A stretch of DNA of 55,785 nucleotides, filler included, from Ionaspis alba (GCA_964255285.1; 4 parts of 4 records of this genome joined end to end with filler, not necessarily neighbours in it); one strand, 5' to 3'. Positions 22,961 to 36,470 are shown, counted from the first letter of the whole stretch. Notes: generated by a model not told the origin, from the letters alone. Numbers and translations: made by a program.

Positions 22961-24478
22961 GGTGATCTACTCTCAGTCAGCATGTCGACCCTAAGATTGA
23001 GAGAAGCTGAAGTGTTCGTACAGCTTCAAATCTGAACGTCGATGGTTTTGCTGGCTACTACTGGTGTCTTGAGTATCGCGATTTGTGTGGACTTTCTCGC
23101 TTAGTCTCCGCGCTAGAATAGTGCATTCTTGGCATGCACTAATATGTTCGGACTTCCTCCCTTCTCATCTTCTCAGACAATCACCAACCGGTTGCACCGG
23201 CTCTCAAGCCTGCCATTAAAAGTAGCAATTACCTACACGACAAGCTCTTCATAGAGCGTAAAATCGACGACAGCGAAGTGTGCTTCTTTTCTTACTCCAT
23301 GCCTTACTTACTCTAACTGGTGATCTCTCTCCTCATCATTAGACCAGATGCGATCTTCTATCTATGCGTTGAGCTTGATTTATTCAAGCCACGTTGCCCT
23401 AAGGAATGATACTCGATGGTTGGTGGCAATCCGTGGACGAGTCCTTACGGATGAGATAGTCACTATCGTGACTTGCGGACAAGCTGTTGTTGATCGCTCC
23501 TTGTTCTATTCATGTATCTTTTGTGCTACGCATTGCTATTTTTTCTTGAACCAAAGCTCTCTCTACACTCTTGATTACTAGTTGTGGCTCTGGGATATAG
23601 CAAGAGACTGGTTTTGTATGTGCTTGCTTCCACTCGCTAGTCAAAAGGTCACAGTACGTGGCTCATCGCTTCGTCTTCTGTGTTTGTTAATTATTCCTTC
23701 TTCCAACATTACTGCCGCTGTCATTGGGCTTTGTCACATCTTTGTTCTGTGTAAGTTCTTGTTTGCTGAGACGTGCAAAAATGCTAGATTATGGGGATCT
23801 GGAAAGGGAATCTATGCTCCACTCGATGCAGACGAAATGTGCTTAAATTGTGGCAAAATCACTGCAAATGCACTTCTTTTCCATCTAGAGACATTACCCG
23901 TGGGATCACGTCGATTGCGACCGAGGATTTCTCAATAGTACGTCTAGGGGCTTCCAGGCTGTGGGCTAGCCAAGATTTTCCCGGTCGCAAAATGTCTGCG
24001 GAAACCATGGCAGAATAAGAACAATTCATGGCAGTCCGAAACTTCATCGATACTGCGGTCTATGTACCTTCAACTTTATGCATGCTTCTTGTATCGGTGT
24101 TGATATCTGCTTGGATGGTACGTGCGATGGTGTTGTAGACGGGACAGGCAAAATGGGGAGCAGGATTGGTGTGGATCAACGTGCAAACCCATTGGACGAA
24201 GAGTTCATTCGACATTCCATCTTCAACGTTCATGATCATCACACGATGATGGCATACGGGCCTGTTTGACCATTTCAACACTGCATACAGCTCGAATATG
24301 GGGGAATCTGCTGCTAAGTCTCTTGAAACATCTTTGAGCATTGTGACCTATAAAAGAGCTTCCTGCGTAGAGCTATGATAGGGCCGTGCCTATCGCGCTT
24401 GTCTATGTGTAAAATTCGTAGTTCCGGCTTCCAACCTCGCATAACATACATCGACCACTCCTCCACCACCGACCCACG

Positions 24479-26631
24479 ATGTCCTCCTCTGACATTTCCT
24501 CGTTATCGTCTGCACCTTCCATTGACACTGATGACGAGCTCCTGGCGATTCTAAAGCCTCAAGGTAGTCTAGATCGATACTTCAAGAAGGATGTTCGCAA
24601 AAATGGCAGCGCGGCCTCGCCGCCGCCAAAGAAGAAAAGGGCTCCCTCACCGCCCCACGAGACTGTTCTTGCGGACAACCCAGACATCGCTGTAAGACAT
24701 GAGAGTTTCCATATTCCATAAATCGTTTCCCACGTTCAGGCGCGTTGCTAACATGCTGGTCGCGCAGTTCATCGTCATGTTCCGCTCGCGATTTGGAAGC
24801 GCATTCCCAAAGTCATTGCTACATTTCGGGCCTCAAGACATAGAAAGAGGGGTTGAAGGCGCACTACCTGATGAGCACATGGAAAGACTACTCTGCGCAT
24901 TGATCGGTCTGGTCTTGAATAGGAAGAAGGACGTGGAGTAAGCTCAATTGCCCTTTCCCTTTACCCCTTGGCTCTCTAAATGCTCTCTTGCTCCCATACT
25001 GGCTGCATGTGCTTCAGGCTGAACTGAGTGTGTTTGTATAGGAGAGGCCATTTCCAGCGTGCCCTCGAAGAAGCCGTCTCGACACACACCAATCAGTGGC
25101 CCTCATCATGGGGAGGCAAGAATCCTTTACATGGCGGCTCCAACTTCAACAACATGGATCCTGCACGACGGGTATGTTGCTCTATGTCTTCTCGTGGCGG
25201 AGTTTCCTGAACTAACAACGGTTTACTAGCTGAACTTGCTGAAGACGCTGATCCTCTGGTCTCTCAACTCCTCTGAATCTATACAAGCCATCCTGAAGGA
25301 GTCATACAAGCAACAACGACACGAAGATGATCTCAACCAGCCACTATCCGTTCAACCGTGGGGCAGAGATGGTGACAAACGCAGATTTTGGCTCATCGAA
25401 GGTCAAGATGATACACATTTCAGGCTTTACAGGGAAAGCAATCCTGCACTGAAACATAATACCTGGTGGAGCGTTGCTGGGTCAATCGATGAGCTCAAAA
25501 CCGTAGCGGAAAAGCTCAAAGAAGAAGGAACGCAAGCCGCAAGAAGACTTCAGGAGCGTATCACTCTAGCTATTCCGAGATTCGAGGCGTCTGAGGAGGT
25601 CAGTTCATTTCTTGAGCATGATATTGTTCGTGTCTATTATTATTTTACTAAATCCCCTATAGAAACGCAAGCGTCGAGACTATCGTTTGGCTCGTAAGGC
25701 GCAATTCACTCGTCCAGAGCCTGGCTTCTCGCTTTATGAGGGTCGAACAAGGGGCAAACGTATCAGATACACATATTCTGATGAAGAGGAAGGGGCTTCG
25801 GACGCAATGTCGTCGAGGCGATCTAACCGTCAATCTGGTATTTCCACTCCTGCAGAACTAGCAGGTCCTACCTTTACGGCAAGTGGTCGACAGGTAAAGT
25901 CAAGAATCGGAGGAGCTTACGGAGAGTCAATGACTGCCGCTCATCACGATCATGAAGAACTTCCGAGCTCTGCCCCATGCGTCGGTAAAGGTGCGGATGA
26001 TGGAGACAGCGGCGCTATCCCTCAAACTCGCTCACGCCGCTCGGCCCAGCCGACTGGCAAGGCAGGGAGCAGAGGGAAACGAAGTCACATCGAAGGCTAC
26101 AATGCTTTGGACGAGATGGAGGACGAAAGTGATGCATCCTCCAGCGGCGGCGATTGGGATGACGGCGACGATGATGACGTGGATGACAACATTGTCGACG
26201 ACGAAGATGATGCCGACATGAGTGATTCAGACAATAGCGCTGATGACGACGACTTCGACAGACCTGAAAGACATAGCTTGGTGGTGTCACTGAGGTATGC
26301 GAAGAACAATGAAAATATCCAGAGGAACCAAGACATCAAGGTCGAAGGGCACGCAAAGCTCAACGGATTTGCGACTCCGCCTGCGACTTCTTCCATCGTG
26401 GCCAATGGAGATGGCCCGATAGCAATGAAGAGGGAGGAGCTAGCTATGGGCGATCGGAAAACTCAGCCAGATTCGAATATGGTCATGGAGGACAGCATTG
26501 TCTTGGAGCCGCAAATGATGCCAGTAAAACCTCATCCATCGCAGCAGAAACCAACGCCACAACAAGGGCAGTCACACCTGCCCAACGGATTCCTTCCACC
26601 TGCTATGCAAACCGAAGGGACTTCCAGCTAA
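24479..26631 (+). CDS. Nuclear chromatin-associated protein, WHIM1-like (Ioc3/Esc8-related), with acidic tract
   Basis: Multi-exon gene joining ORFs 24479, 24699, 25028, 25236 and 25687. Motifs FIVMFRSRF, LLCALIGLVLNRKK, QPWGRDGDKRRFWLIEG, YEGRTRGKRIRYTY; long D/E tract. Confidence 0.65.
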
Positions 26632-26896
26632 TCTCGAAAATCAACTAAGTTGGCTCGTCATTCCTATGACCAAATAGCCACTTGGGAGAAACGAATTGGC
26701 TTCACAGATGGCATGGTATTGCTTAAATATTTGTAAGATTCATGAACTTGGCTATCATGTAGAGCAATAGACTATTCTCGCTCGCTTGAGCACCGATACA
26801 TAATGGCCTTCATCGGCTCAAATATGCAACGTCAATGATGCGATATTCTCACTCAAGAACTAATACAAAATTGGACTGTGAATTCCGCTACCCACG

Positions 26897-27893
26897 TCAG
26901 CCTCTACTACTGCCTTCGCCACCTCCCTCTCCTCTCCTCCCAACCGGCATGTTCCTCCTCTCCTTTCCCGCCTTCTTTTTCCTCCTTCTCTCAATAACCT
27001 TCTTGACTTTCTTCTCCCCTAATCCCTCAAAGTTCTTCACAAGGGCCAGCTTCTTCTGCTCCCTTCTCTTCAGATAGTATGGCTGCTTCCCACTCGCCAC
27101 CGCCTCCTTCTCCTTCCGTCTATGCTCCCGCAAAACCTCCTGCTGCACTTCCTTATCCTTCCTCGTCTTCTCTCTAGACTCCATGGCTAACAATTCCCTC
27201 TTCAGCGCTTCTTTTGCGGTTGGATCTTTCGTGCTCCGAATGCTGGCTTTTAACGCGGCAATCTCAGAAAGTCGGTAGTCATTTAGGAAGGCGTAATTGG
27301 CCGATACCTTATTGGTGTCCAGGCTTCCGGAGAGATTGTCAAAGCGGGGGTCGCGGTGGGTGATTGTAGGCGTGGCGACTATGGACCGTTTCCGTGATAC
27401 AGCTTTCTTGGAGGAGAGTTCTGTGGGGGCATGTTTGGAGGGACGGGCATGCGTGCGATTGTCTTTTTTGCCGGCCTGGCGCTCAAGAGCTTCGGCGAAG
27501 GGGGATGTAGAGCGATGAGGGAGTGCTTGAGAAGGGGAGGAGCGTTTGCGTTTGAGGTTCAGGGAGGATTGAGCGGAGGCGAGGGCGCCGAAGGAGATTT
27601 GAGTGAGGGGGCTGGAGGGTGAGAATGGGGATGACTGAGGGACGGTTGTTTAGTCATTGATACAGCAGGCTCAGCGGCATATATCACACCTTGGATTGGT
27701 CGTCATCGCTATTCTCGCTGTCTTCATTCTTGTCTTCAGCGGAGTCAAGGTTGCCTCCGGCCGCTGAGCTATTGCTCCGGTCTTCGGAGCCTATATCTTC
27801 ATTTTCGGAGGACGAGATTTCGGCAAGCTCCTCCACATCTGCATCTTCCTTGCTCGCCCTGACCCGGCGCTGCAGAACATCTGTCAAAGCCAT
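26897..27893 (-). CDS. RRP36: rRNA biogenesis protein Rrp36 (DUF947)
   Basis: ATG 27893 MALTDVLQRRVRA, one intron, then ISFGALASAQ, SKHAPTELSSKKAVSRKR, RDPRFD, GKQPYYLKR, RRRKKKAGKERRNMP. Confidence 0.9.
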
Positions 27894-27894
27894 C

Positions 27895-27994
27895 NNNNNN
27901 NNNNNNNNNNNNNNNNNNNNNNNNNNNNNNNNNNNNNNTTAATTAATTAANNNNNNNNNNNNNNNNNNNNNNNNNNNNNNNNNNNNNNNNNNNN
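27895..27994. other. Assembly gap with TTAATTAATTAA linker
   Basis: N44 + 12-mer + N44. Confidence 0.95.
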
Positions 27995-30711
27995 ACGCCA
28001 GCAACAGCAATACCCGTAGCTATCACACTCCTAAGCACATCTTTCTGTCCAGCTTTCCAGCCATCCTCGCATCCCCGATACCTTGCCGTTTCCGCGGACG
28101 ATTTGCCTACTGCTTCCCACTCCTTGCGAGCTACCTTGGTTACCAACTCTGCGGAATCTAGGAACGATCTCAGACGATCGGCGTCATCAGCCTCCTCTTC
28201 CGCTGTGAATGAGTGAGCCGAAGTGAAGAACGGAGAGAGGACTGCATTGAACTCTTCATAGGTAGGCACGGCGGGTACGGAGAGTTGAAGGAAGGGACGC
28301 ATCCGAAGAGAGTGGCGGAAAGATGGCGTGCTGTAGGGAAGGGAGGATCGAGAATCGAGGAGGGAGAGATGGTCAAGAGATATATAAAGCTGCCCGTGAT
28401 CTGTATTAACTCACGGCTGGTTTGAATACTTGACTGTTTTGGGGGGGAAATGCAACGTACAATAAAAAGTGCATCTGCCAGTGACTGCGTTGCTGATGCT
28501 TCTAGCATAGCGAATCCAAGGAACGAAAATGACTTGCTAAACGCGGCAGCCTGTGACGGATTGGATCGGGATATTTGATTCAAACGTCGGGTTGTAAAGG
28601 CTTGGATGCGTTCGAGATGTTGAAATTGGGTGTATGCAATATTCTGCAGGTACCTAGTTGTCAAAGTGAGTGACTTACTTCAACAAGGCCTGGTATAGTC
28701 TTTATCGATTGGCTTTCTTACCAATACATGCCCGCCAACTCATCGACTTGGTAAATTTGTAATTCGAAGCCAAGCTGAATGATCAATTGCATCTGACGGA
28801 GCTTTTGTAAGTATGCCCAAGAGGACAACGGATACGACCACATCTCTTCGCCTCCCGAATGTTGATCGATCAGCGGTGTTTCGTTCGAGTATTGGCGGAG
28901 TTCGATATCCAGATCTTCCGACTATAATTTTGCTGAGCGTATGCCCCTGACATCAGGATGTTTGAACTTACATCGAGTTGAACATTTTCCCACTCTAACA
29001 CTGTATGGCAGAGCATTCTGCGCATCCGAGATCGATTCATACTTAGCGCTCTGAAAATATCAAGATATGACTTAGCGCAATGTCAGCTTCCGCAACGAGA
29101 TCCTTCCGAGGAAATTGATGGCTTCGTACTTGTCCTACCCGCATAACATAATCGTCCATCTTCCTTGCGATTTGGAACCTGGGGTCTTGTGGTGTCTCAA
29201 TATCAACATTGGTATAATCAACCAAGGTGTCCGCAGGAAGCACAATCTCCGCTAAATCTTCGAAAATGAGCTCTTTGATCGACATTGTCCCGAGCACTCG
29301 CATTTCGGAGAATATTAACGACTGCAGTAAGCATCGCATATACACGCATGGCTGTGGTTTCCGAGACTGAAATATAAGGACAAAGGTCTAGAAAACATCA
29401 GCCTCGTGATGCAGGACGCCATTTATCCTCTACCAACCAATATATTGCTCCCTCCCCGGCAGCCCAAGACTCTTCCCACATGAGCCCCGTCTTCACATAG
29501 CCTTTTGAGAAAGTCATGGGCAGCTGTGAAGCTAATGCTGACTATTGGCCTCGGAGGTACAGTACTGGCTAATCGGCGTTGGATCTTCGTGCTAAAACAA
29601 CCTTCGACAGGAGCACCCCATTGGCTGCTTTCGAAGACTTTGACCAGCATGATCGTGCAATCTATCCAGTAGTCGTTGCTCTTCGTCTCGACCAGGTTTG
29701 TGTCTATTGACGCTGCTAGCAGGAATGATCTGCGAAAGTTCAGACGATGCAAAAGGGCATGTCGAACGTGCTCCGGCAAGTTGTCAGATGCTTTCACAAA
29801 CTCTGTTGCACGATCTAGTAAAGCTTCAAATTCGGAAACGTCGAAGCTCGAAAGCAAGGTCCGATTGTACAGGTTGGTAACGAAATCCTCCTCCTAAAAA
29901 CTGTTAGCCAGGGTGGTTTCACCTGTTATTCAACCTAGACAGTGTACAAACCTCATAATAGGTCTCTTGACTGATTCTATTATGTACAAAGCCACATGTC
30001 TTGATCAGAGCCAAGCAGTACGCTCGGAGGACCGTATGTACCAGTGGATTACTGTCTGCTGGTAGTCCGTTTCGGTTGAAGGATGCTTCGTTGATGGTCT
30101 TGGGCTCCGGCCACAGTAGTCGATCGATATACAGCGAGGTAAAGAGCGTTTGGGATAGAGGATTGCCCATGTGCCATGCCATCTGATTGACTCCGTAAGC
30201 ATTCGTCAAATGTGTTTTTGGACGAATGCATGAGCACACCTCCGAGCAGAGTAATTGATCCATTATGCCCACGACCTCCTCGGGCAACAGCTTCTGTAGC
30301 ACATCATAGTCATCTTCAAGGGTCTCGCCAGGAGCTAGGTATCCGCTGTCCATCTTGGGATCCATGATCTATAACCGATATCCAGCTATCAGTCTTTAGC
30401 TATGGGTTTCCCTCCAGACCCTTCTACTATTTCGACGTACCTCCAGCGCACCGACGGCTTCGAAGAGGGTGAAGAAGTCATCTTTGACGAGCTGACCGGT
30501 TTTGAGAGCTATCAATTCATCAGCGGGGCATATAAGGCTAGTGAGGAAAGAGATTACCTGATGCTGCTTGCGTAAAATGCGATGTGATGTCCTTGAAGGC
30601 ATTTGCCCGTCGTGAACTTCGGTCTTTAATAATAGGCAGCTTGAGCTGTCGATGCTCGTCGCAGGAGGCGATGTCTCCATTTTCAACATGGGCCTGTGAT
30701 CCTTCCGCCAT
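27995..30711 (-). CDS. MAK10: NatC N-alpha-acetyltransferase auxiliary subunit Mak10/NAA35; 3' end lost in gap
   Basis: ATG 30711. Motifs FKDIT, GQLVKDDFFTLFEAVGALE, MDPKMDSG, MAWHMGNPLSQTLFTSLY, QRRLASTVPPRP, LGFELQIYQVDELAGMYW. Reading frame runs open into the gap. Confidence 0.92.
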
Positions 30712-30751
30712 GAGTGATTGACGAGATTTGGTCAACGAAAATTGGAATATG

Positions 30752-30851
30752 NNNNNNNNNNNNNNNNNNNNNNNNNNNNNNNNNNNNNNNNNNNNNNNNN
30801 NNNNNNNNNNNNNNNNNNNNNNNNNNNNNNNNNNNNNNNNNNNNNNNNNNN
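30752..30851. other. 100-N gap flanked by an exact 55-bp duplicate (30697-30751 = 30852-30906)
   Basis: Identical 55-mers on both sides indicate overlapping contig ends. Confidence 0.9.
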
Positions 30852-31163
30852 TGATCCTTCCGCCATGAGTGATTGACGAGATTTGGTCAACGAAAATTGG
30901 AATATGCTCGTAAGTTGTAACTGTCGTGCAAACCACTACGAAGATTCTGGGTCATCAAGAATTGGCTGACAACAAATGAAGCGTCTACAGCACAAAGTGC
31001 GTTCTACAAATTCATCATGAATTGGTAGCGATGAGTGGCTAGAAAATGCAATTGTAGTCGCTGGATCTTGTGTCCTGTAGCTATTGACGGAGCACGTAAT
31101 ATACAGTTTGTCCCGTCCTGCACAACAGTGGACCACGCCCCTTCGAGCCTCAAGAGTCTCCCT

Positions 31164-31512
31164 CTACTGCTGTCCCGACCCGGCGCTCTCCGCCATTGCA
31201 GCCGCATTCGCCGTCGCCAGGTTCTTGTTCTCTCCTTGTTTGCCGCCCTAGGACACTCACCATGTCAGCTCCAGGACTTCTTTCACAGCCTCGATTCTGA
31301 CACCATTGTAGGACACACCTGCCACTTAGCAAACTTCAGATCCATCTGTCCTCTCCTCTCCGCCTGTAGCCGTGGCTGTTCCTTAAGGGATCGGCGGACA
31401 ACTCTGGCTGCCACGGCGAGGTAACGGTTGTACCTGGGAGCTGTTAGCGGATAGCACCAAAGACAGTTCGCCACCCTTACGTTAGGCCTGCGGCCTTCCA
31501 AGCAAAGGTCAT
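31164..31512 (-). CDS. ATP15: Mitochondrial F1 ATP synthase subunit epsilon, 76 aa, 3 exons
   Basis: Exons 31512-31481, 31433-31319 and 31247-31164 splice to MTFAWKAAGLTYNRYLAVAARVVRRSLKEQPRLQAERRGQMDLKFAKWQGGKQGENKNLATANAAAMAESAGSGQQ*. Confidence 0.93.
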
Positions 31513-31865
31513 CGTGGCAGTTGTGTTTTGCGGTTGGTTGATGAGGATATCGTCTTCTCAAAACAAGCTAGTTTCGCCAAAGCGAAGCGTAGAGTTGTAA
31601 GGCTAGCCTTGTGCCACCAATTGACGAATCAGAATGACCCTTGTTGCAAGCCATTGCAAGCAGACCAAATGGACAGTGATCATCTGGTTGCACTAACGAA
31701 TGGTAAATTGGGAGACTCAAGCTCCACCGTCCAGCCAATCAACATTGTTGAGCTTGGGACATTGTTTTGGGACTTGCCGCATATGTACACATAGAACCCT
31801 CAAGAGATGCCTGGGGTTGAAGTACGACTACTCTGTATGATACAGTGGAATATTTTCTAAACAAA

Positions 31866-33425
31866 TCAAACGCTGAGCCCAATATCTTCCGCAAAAGGAA
31901 GAACGTAGAGATCTCCAACAGCAGACACCGTCGCCTTCGACTGTAGTATCTCTTTCGCAGCCTAGAAACAGAACTCTTAACTAACATCAAAGAACTTATA
32001 GGACAGGGTTTACTCACCTTCTTGACTTTATCCTCGGTCACTGAACCAATACTCTTTCCGACCTCGTCAATTTGGTGGGGCTTTCCACCTTGTATCAAAC
32101 CTGCACCGGTCAACTCAAGCCCCGCGGCAACATTCTGACCGGACTCTAGAGCGTTAAATTTTGCAGACGCAACGGCCTTCGTGAAATCCTCCTTACTGAT
32201 CTCCCCCGCCGCAACGCTCTTGATGACCTTCACAATCTGTGAGGCAGCTTCCCTAATTTGCATTGCATTGCCATCTATTGAGATGTAAAGTAGACCAGCA
32301 TCCGAGTAGGTGGCATGGGTGGTTGCGATTTGAATTCCAGCGTGCGCAGAGTTGATTTTGGAGAGTAGAGAGAACCCGGGGGACCACTTAATGCTTGACT
32401 GACCACCTAGGAGCGCTGCTAGTACGGCGACTTCAGGCTTGTACGACCCTCCAGTAAATGAGCTTGAACCAGGGAAGGCGATGATCATCGAGTTGCCGGA
32501 GTCGTGCGCGATACGCTCCTCGCCTCCATAGTATTTCGAGGCGGACGTGTCCATTTTTGGAACATTGCTTGGAGGTGAGGTAGGACAGTCCGGAAAAAAT
32601 TCACCAACCCATCTCGACAGCTCAGAATGATTGGCGCCATTAGCGATGACAGCTATATTCCCCTTGGCGTAGGCGGCTTTGCTGTAGGCTTCCAAGTACC
32701 GTGCACCAAGGTATTTGGTGAGTGGCGATGAAGAGGTTGGGTGAAGGGGTGCACCAAGACCTCGGTGAAAGGCTATTCCATGAGCGGAATTGATAGCTAG
32801 CTGGTCCGGTTTTCCTAGTAGTGTCTTCTGCGAGAGCTTGATGATGGGGAGAACCTCTTCCTCGAACTCATGCCCTGCATAGAGTCAGTTCTGCATTTGC
32901 ATTAGCAGATCGCCAATCATACGCGTGTATTTTGTGTTTGAAACGACCTCCGCCAGTAGCTCTGCATAGTATGGCAGATCCTCCCGTAGAAACTTTGCGC
33001 CAATTATCAAATTCTCCCGTGAGTGGTATGCCATAAGCTCAGCGCCAAGGAGTTCTGATTCTCGATTTATTCTTAAAGCAGATCGCCTGTGGGTTGACTA
33101 CCACGTTCGTTCAATGTCAGCGTGTGTGGTCAACGGTATTGGAATGTGAGACTAGACAACTAACCTTGAAAGCAAACTTCTCCAGTCCGTCCGCAAAGCC
33201 TGGCAGTACCTGATATCGCGTTCCGGCCTTCGCAACTACCGCCAAGGTGGTCGTGGGGCCCGCGAGATCTCTGCTTGCGAATTTGACACCACCCGCTTCA
33301 CCGGCTTCATAGGAAAAGCTCCCTGATGCGGCTGCTGCAAGACCTCTACGATTGGTTGGCTGGACGGCGACCGGCCGTCGCAAGGCAAGCTGCGCATTGC
33401 GGCCAAGGCGAGCCCGAGAGATCAT
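31866..33425 (-). CDS. QCR2: Ubiquinol-cytochrome c reductase core protein 2 (M16 peptidase-like)
   Basis: Mitochondrial presequence MISRARLGRNAQLALRR; AKAGTRYQ, LEKFAFK, RESELLGA, FLREDLPYYAELL, YSDAGL, C-terminal VGDLYVLPFAEDIGLSV*; 3 introns. Confidence 0.93.
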
Positions 33426-33531
33426 GATGCACACAGAAGGAAATGAGGGGACAATTGAATTCGGGTAAAGGATGTGCTCTCAATGGCAAGTCTTGGGCGA
33501 GGTTGGGCCATGGACTTTGATCAAGCTAATG

Positions 33532-33579
33532 ATTGGTCGACGGAGCGAGCGCCTATTGCTGCCGCGGTTCGTGGCCAAT
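33532..33579. promoter_or_regulatory. Two CCAAT boxes in the 320-bp QCR2/RPC82 divergent promoter
   Basis: ATTGG at 33532-33536 and CCAAT at 33575-33579. The Hap/CCAAT-binding complex is the known regulator of respiratory-chain genes; the motif is short, so chance occurrence is possible. Confidence 0.4.
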
Positions 33580-33744
33580 GACTCTCAATTTTTGTGCCCC
33601 ACCAACGAATAAATCTCATGATGGACCATTTAGATACATCTCACCAAGACTTACTTTTCTTTTCGAGCCATACACTCATGAATCAGCAGCGGTGACATTT
33701 GTGCAACTCTAGGGAACTGGGTAGCTTCTCTAGAATGTTGCATC

Positions 33745-36047
33745 ATGTCTTTAGTAAGTCTATCTGTCTTTCCCTGAGTCGTCTCTAGCTGTAAGTATCC
33801 ATGCTAATTTACACCTTATAGTATGCTACCGAATTATGCCTCCTCCTAGTAGATGATATTTACGGAGGACTGACATCAGTAAGTTTCTGGTCCACATTCT
33901 TCAAGCGAGCCCCGCTGTTCAAACTTCTTTGCGCCGAGTCAAGAACACCACTGCGAGCCGTAATATTGTTCTAGCTGATATGGTATAGCGAGTATTTGAG
34001 ACTCTAATGTGTTATGGACGTCTTACATTCTCTGCTTTATTACAACATACTGGCCTGACGTCTCGGCAACTAAAACACTCTTTGGTCGTCCTTGTCCAGC
34101 AACACCTTGCTCTCTGGTTTTCATCCCCAGAAGATGAAGCAACGCATTACGAGGCGGACTGGCGCGGCGCATATGCCCTGGCCAGGTCTGGAAAGCTTAT
34201 CAAGGTAGTTGAGGACCGATATGGCGATTTTGCGGGCGGCCTAGTCTCGAATCTCTTGCTTTCAGGTCATGCTTCAATTTCAGACCTTGCCCAGGCCTAC
34301 AATCTGACAACTGGAACCGTAGAGATTGGCGTTTCTCAGCTGACCAAAACTAAAGGCAGCTTGTCTAAAGGTTTAACAAATGGTCTATCCGAGTCGCCTA
34401 GCAATCTACCAAATTCAAGTCTCGAGACATTCCACGAATCTCTAATCACGCTACTGAACGACGGATTTCTCTCCGTAGTCCATGAGTCACACTTTCGATC
34501 AGACGCCGACAATAGGAGCAAGGCTGAGTCAGTTGTAAACAGTCAAGAAAGATTTCAGCGAGCGCTGAAGGCAGCGGAGAAGGAGGAGTACGAAAAAGCC
34601 GTTCGAAAGCAGGTCATGGAATGGAAGCTTGGCTCAGACTCTAGGAGAGGACTAATCAGGAAACTGGCACTGGAAGTCACAGACAGAAGAAAGAAACGAT
34701 GCGCAGATGACCATGCTACCAGTGATGGGCCCCCCGAAAAACGGAGACGCTTGAGCACTGGCTTCAGCGGTGTAAACGGTCGAGACACCTATGCTGAAAA
34801 GGATCGAGCGCTAAATCTGGACGTATGTTGCATGTAGACGAACACTGGCAATTTGCAAAACCACTAAATTTTAATAGGAAACCCTCATTGTCCGTATCAA
34901 CAATGAGAAGCTACCAATCTTAGCTCGTAACGAGAAGCTTGTGAAGTACGTAGAACAGCATATTGGTCAGACCACATCCCGAGTCTATGCGGAACTCCTT
35001 TTTCAGCTTGAAACGAGTTCCACATGCTGCGATTCGGGAGGAGCCACCTTGGACGAACTCGATGATGGCTTCAATGATGAATTCATGGAGGGATCTGCAA
35101 TCTCTACCACGGATCTTATGCTTGCTCTAAAAGGCACTGTAAGGCTTACCGATGGTATTTCACCCATTGATACTGCCAATATCGATATCGATCAAACCAT
35201 ACATCCGAAAAACCGGCGAAGGAAAAAGATCAAATCCGAAGAAGCTGAAGTTGAGGGATATGCCAGTCCCGATGAAGAGGAAGATACTATGGATGTCGAA
35301 CCAAACGGAGATGCCCATGACGGGCTCAATAGGGACTCGGACTATCAATCTGAGTTGAGGAGAGATGACAGGACAGAGTCTGATCCATCGGCCCCGACCG
35401 ATACTCCAAACATCTATCATCTCACACAGCAGCACCTCCTACTCCTGGCCGAGCATCCCTTCGGCTTCGTCGACCACATTCCCCGCAGAAACAATCGATC
35501 CGAGAGCTGGAGCGTCGATTATTCCACCATAACCCGACAGATCCTGATCGTCGAGCTGGAAAATATAATTGTCTCTCGCTACGGACTTGAAGCTCTACGT
35601 ATCGTTCGAATCCTGCAAGAAAAGAGGAAGCTGGATGAAAAAGCCATCGGATCCTTCGCTCTCATGAACCAGAAAGGTATGCGGAGTCTTCTGACAAGGA
35701 TGCACGAAGCAGGCCATTTAGAATTACAAGAGATCCCTAAAGACACTTACCGTCAACCTTCACGGACAATGTTCATGTGGTTCTTTGACCCAGAACGTTG
35801 TCGTCAAAAGGTCCTCGAGGAGACGTACAAGACGATGGCAAGGTGTATGCAGCGGATCAAAGCGGAACGAGAGTCTATTCAGGGTGTCATCGATAAGGCT
35901 GCTAGGACAGACGTGGTAGGCAAGGAGGAGGAATTTCTCGGCATTGATGAAAGAACGGCTCTGGAGGCGTGGCGTGAGAAGGAAGAGAGGTTGCTCGGGG
36001 AGATAGGCAGGCTGGACGATCTAGTCGGTGTGCTTAGGGACTTTTGA
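33745..36047 (+). CDS. RPC82: RNA polymerase III subunit C82/RPC3 (POLR3C)
   Basis: Micro-exon ATGTCTTTA at 33745, then YATELCLLLVDDIYG, GRLTFSAL..LKHSLVVLVQQHL, C-terminal ALRIVRIL..KLDEK..LELQEIPK..PSRTMFMWF; 3 introns. Confidence 0.88.
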
Positions 36048-36470
36048 GCACCAGGAGCATCATTGCTGTGTGGATATGATGCGTTACTGCATAGCGACGG
36101 GTGTTCATCATTGGATTTGCTCCATCACGGGCTCATTCTGGCTACGTGTACCATTAGCTGCCACAATGGCCGGGATAGAGACAGTGTAGTCTCTCCTCCT
36201 CAGATTCGAGAGATGATACAGCACGTTTCTCCACCGGTGGAATCCCGACATCCCTCCAGGATACCTTACGCTCACTCAAAAACCTATCATTGTGAATGCT
36301 AAGTTCATTGCAAGCCAAGGTATGCGGTGTTCTAGGATTGCAGTCCATAGAATCGTAAGGAGTACAGCTGGCCACGAACATATACTCTGGTTACATACTG
36401 TACACTGTACCATCCACGAGGTGCCGAGCGGTCCTCGGTATACCTCCTCGCCAAGCTACTAAAGCCTGGA

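Noticed and set aside
30697..30906. 55-bp direct repeats as LTR or TSD of an insertion (also 36416-36625)
   Set aside because: Exact, same length at both gaps and directly abutting N runs, as expected for assembler k-mer overlap.
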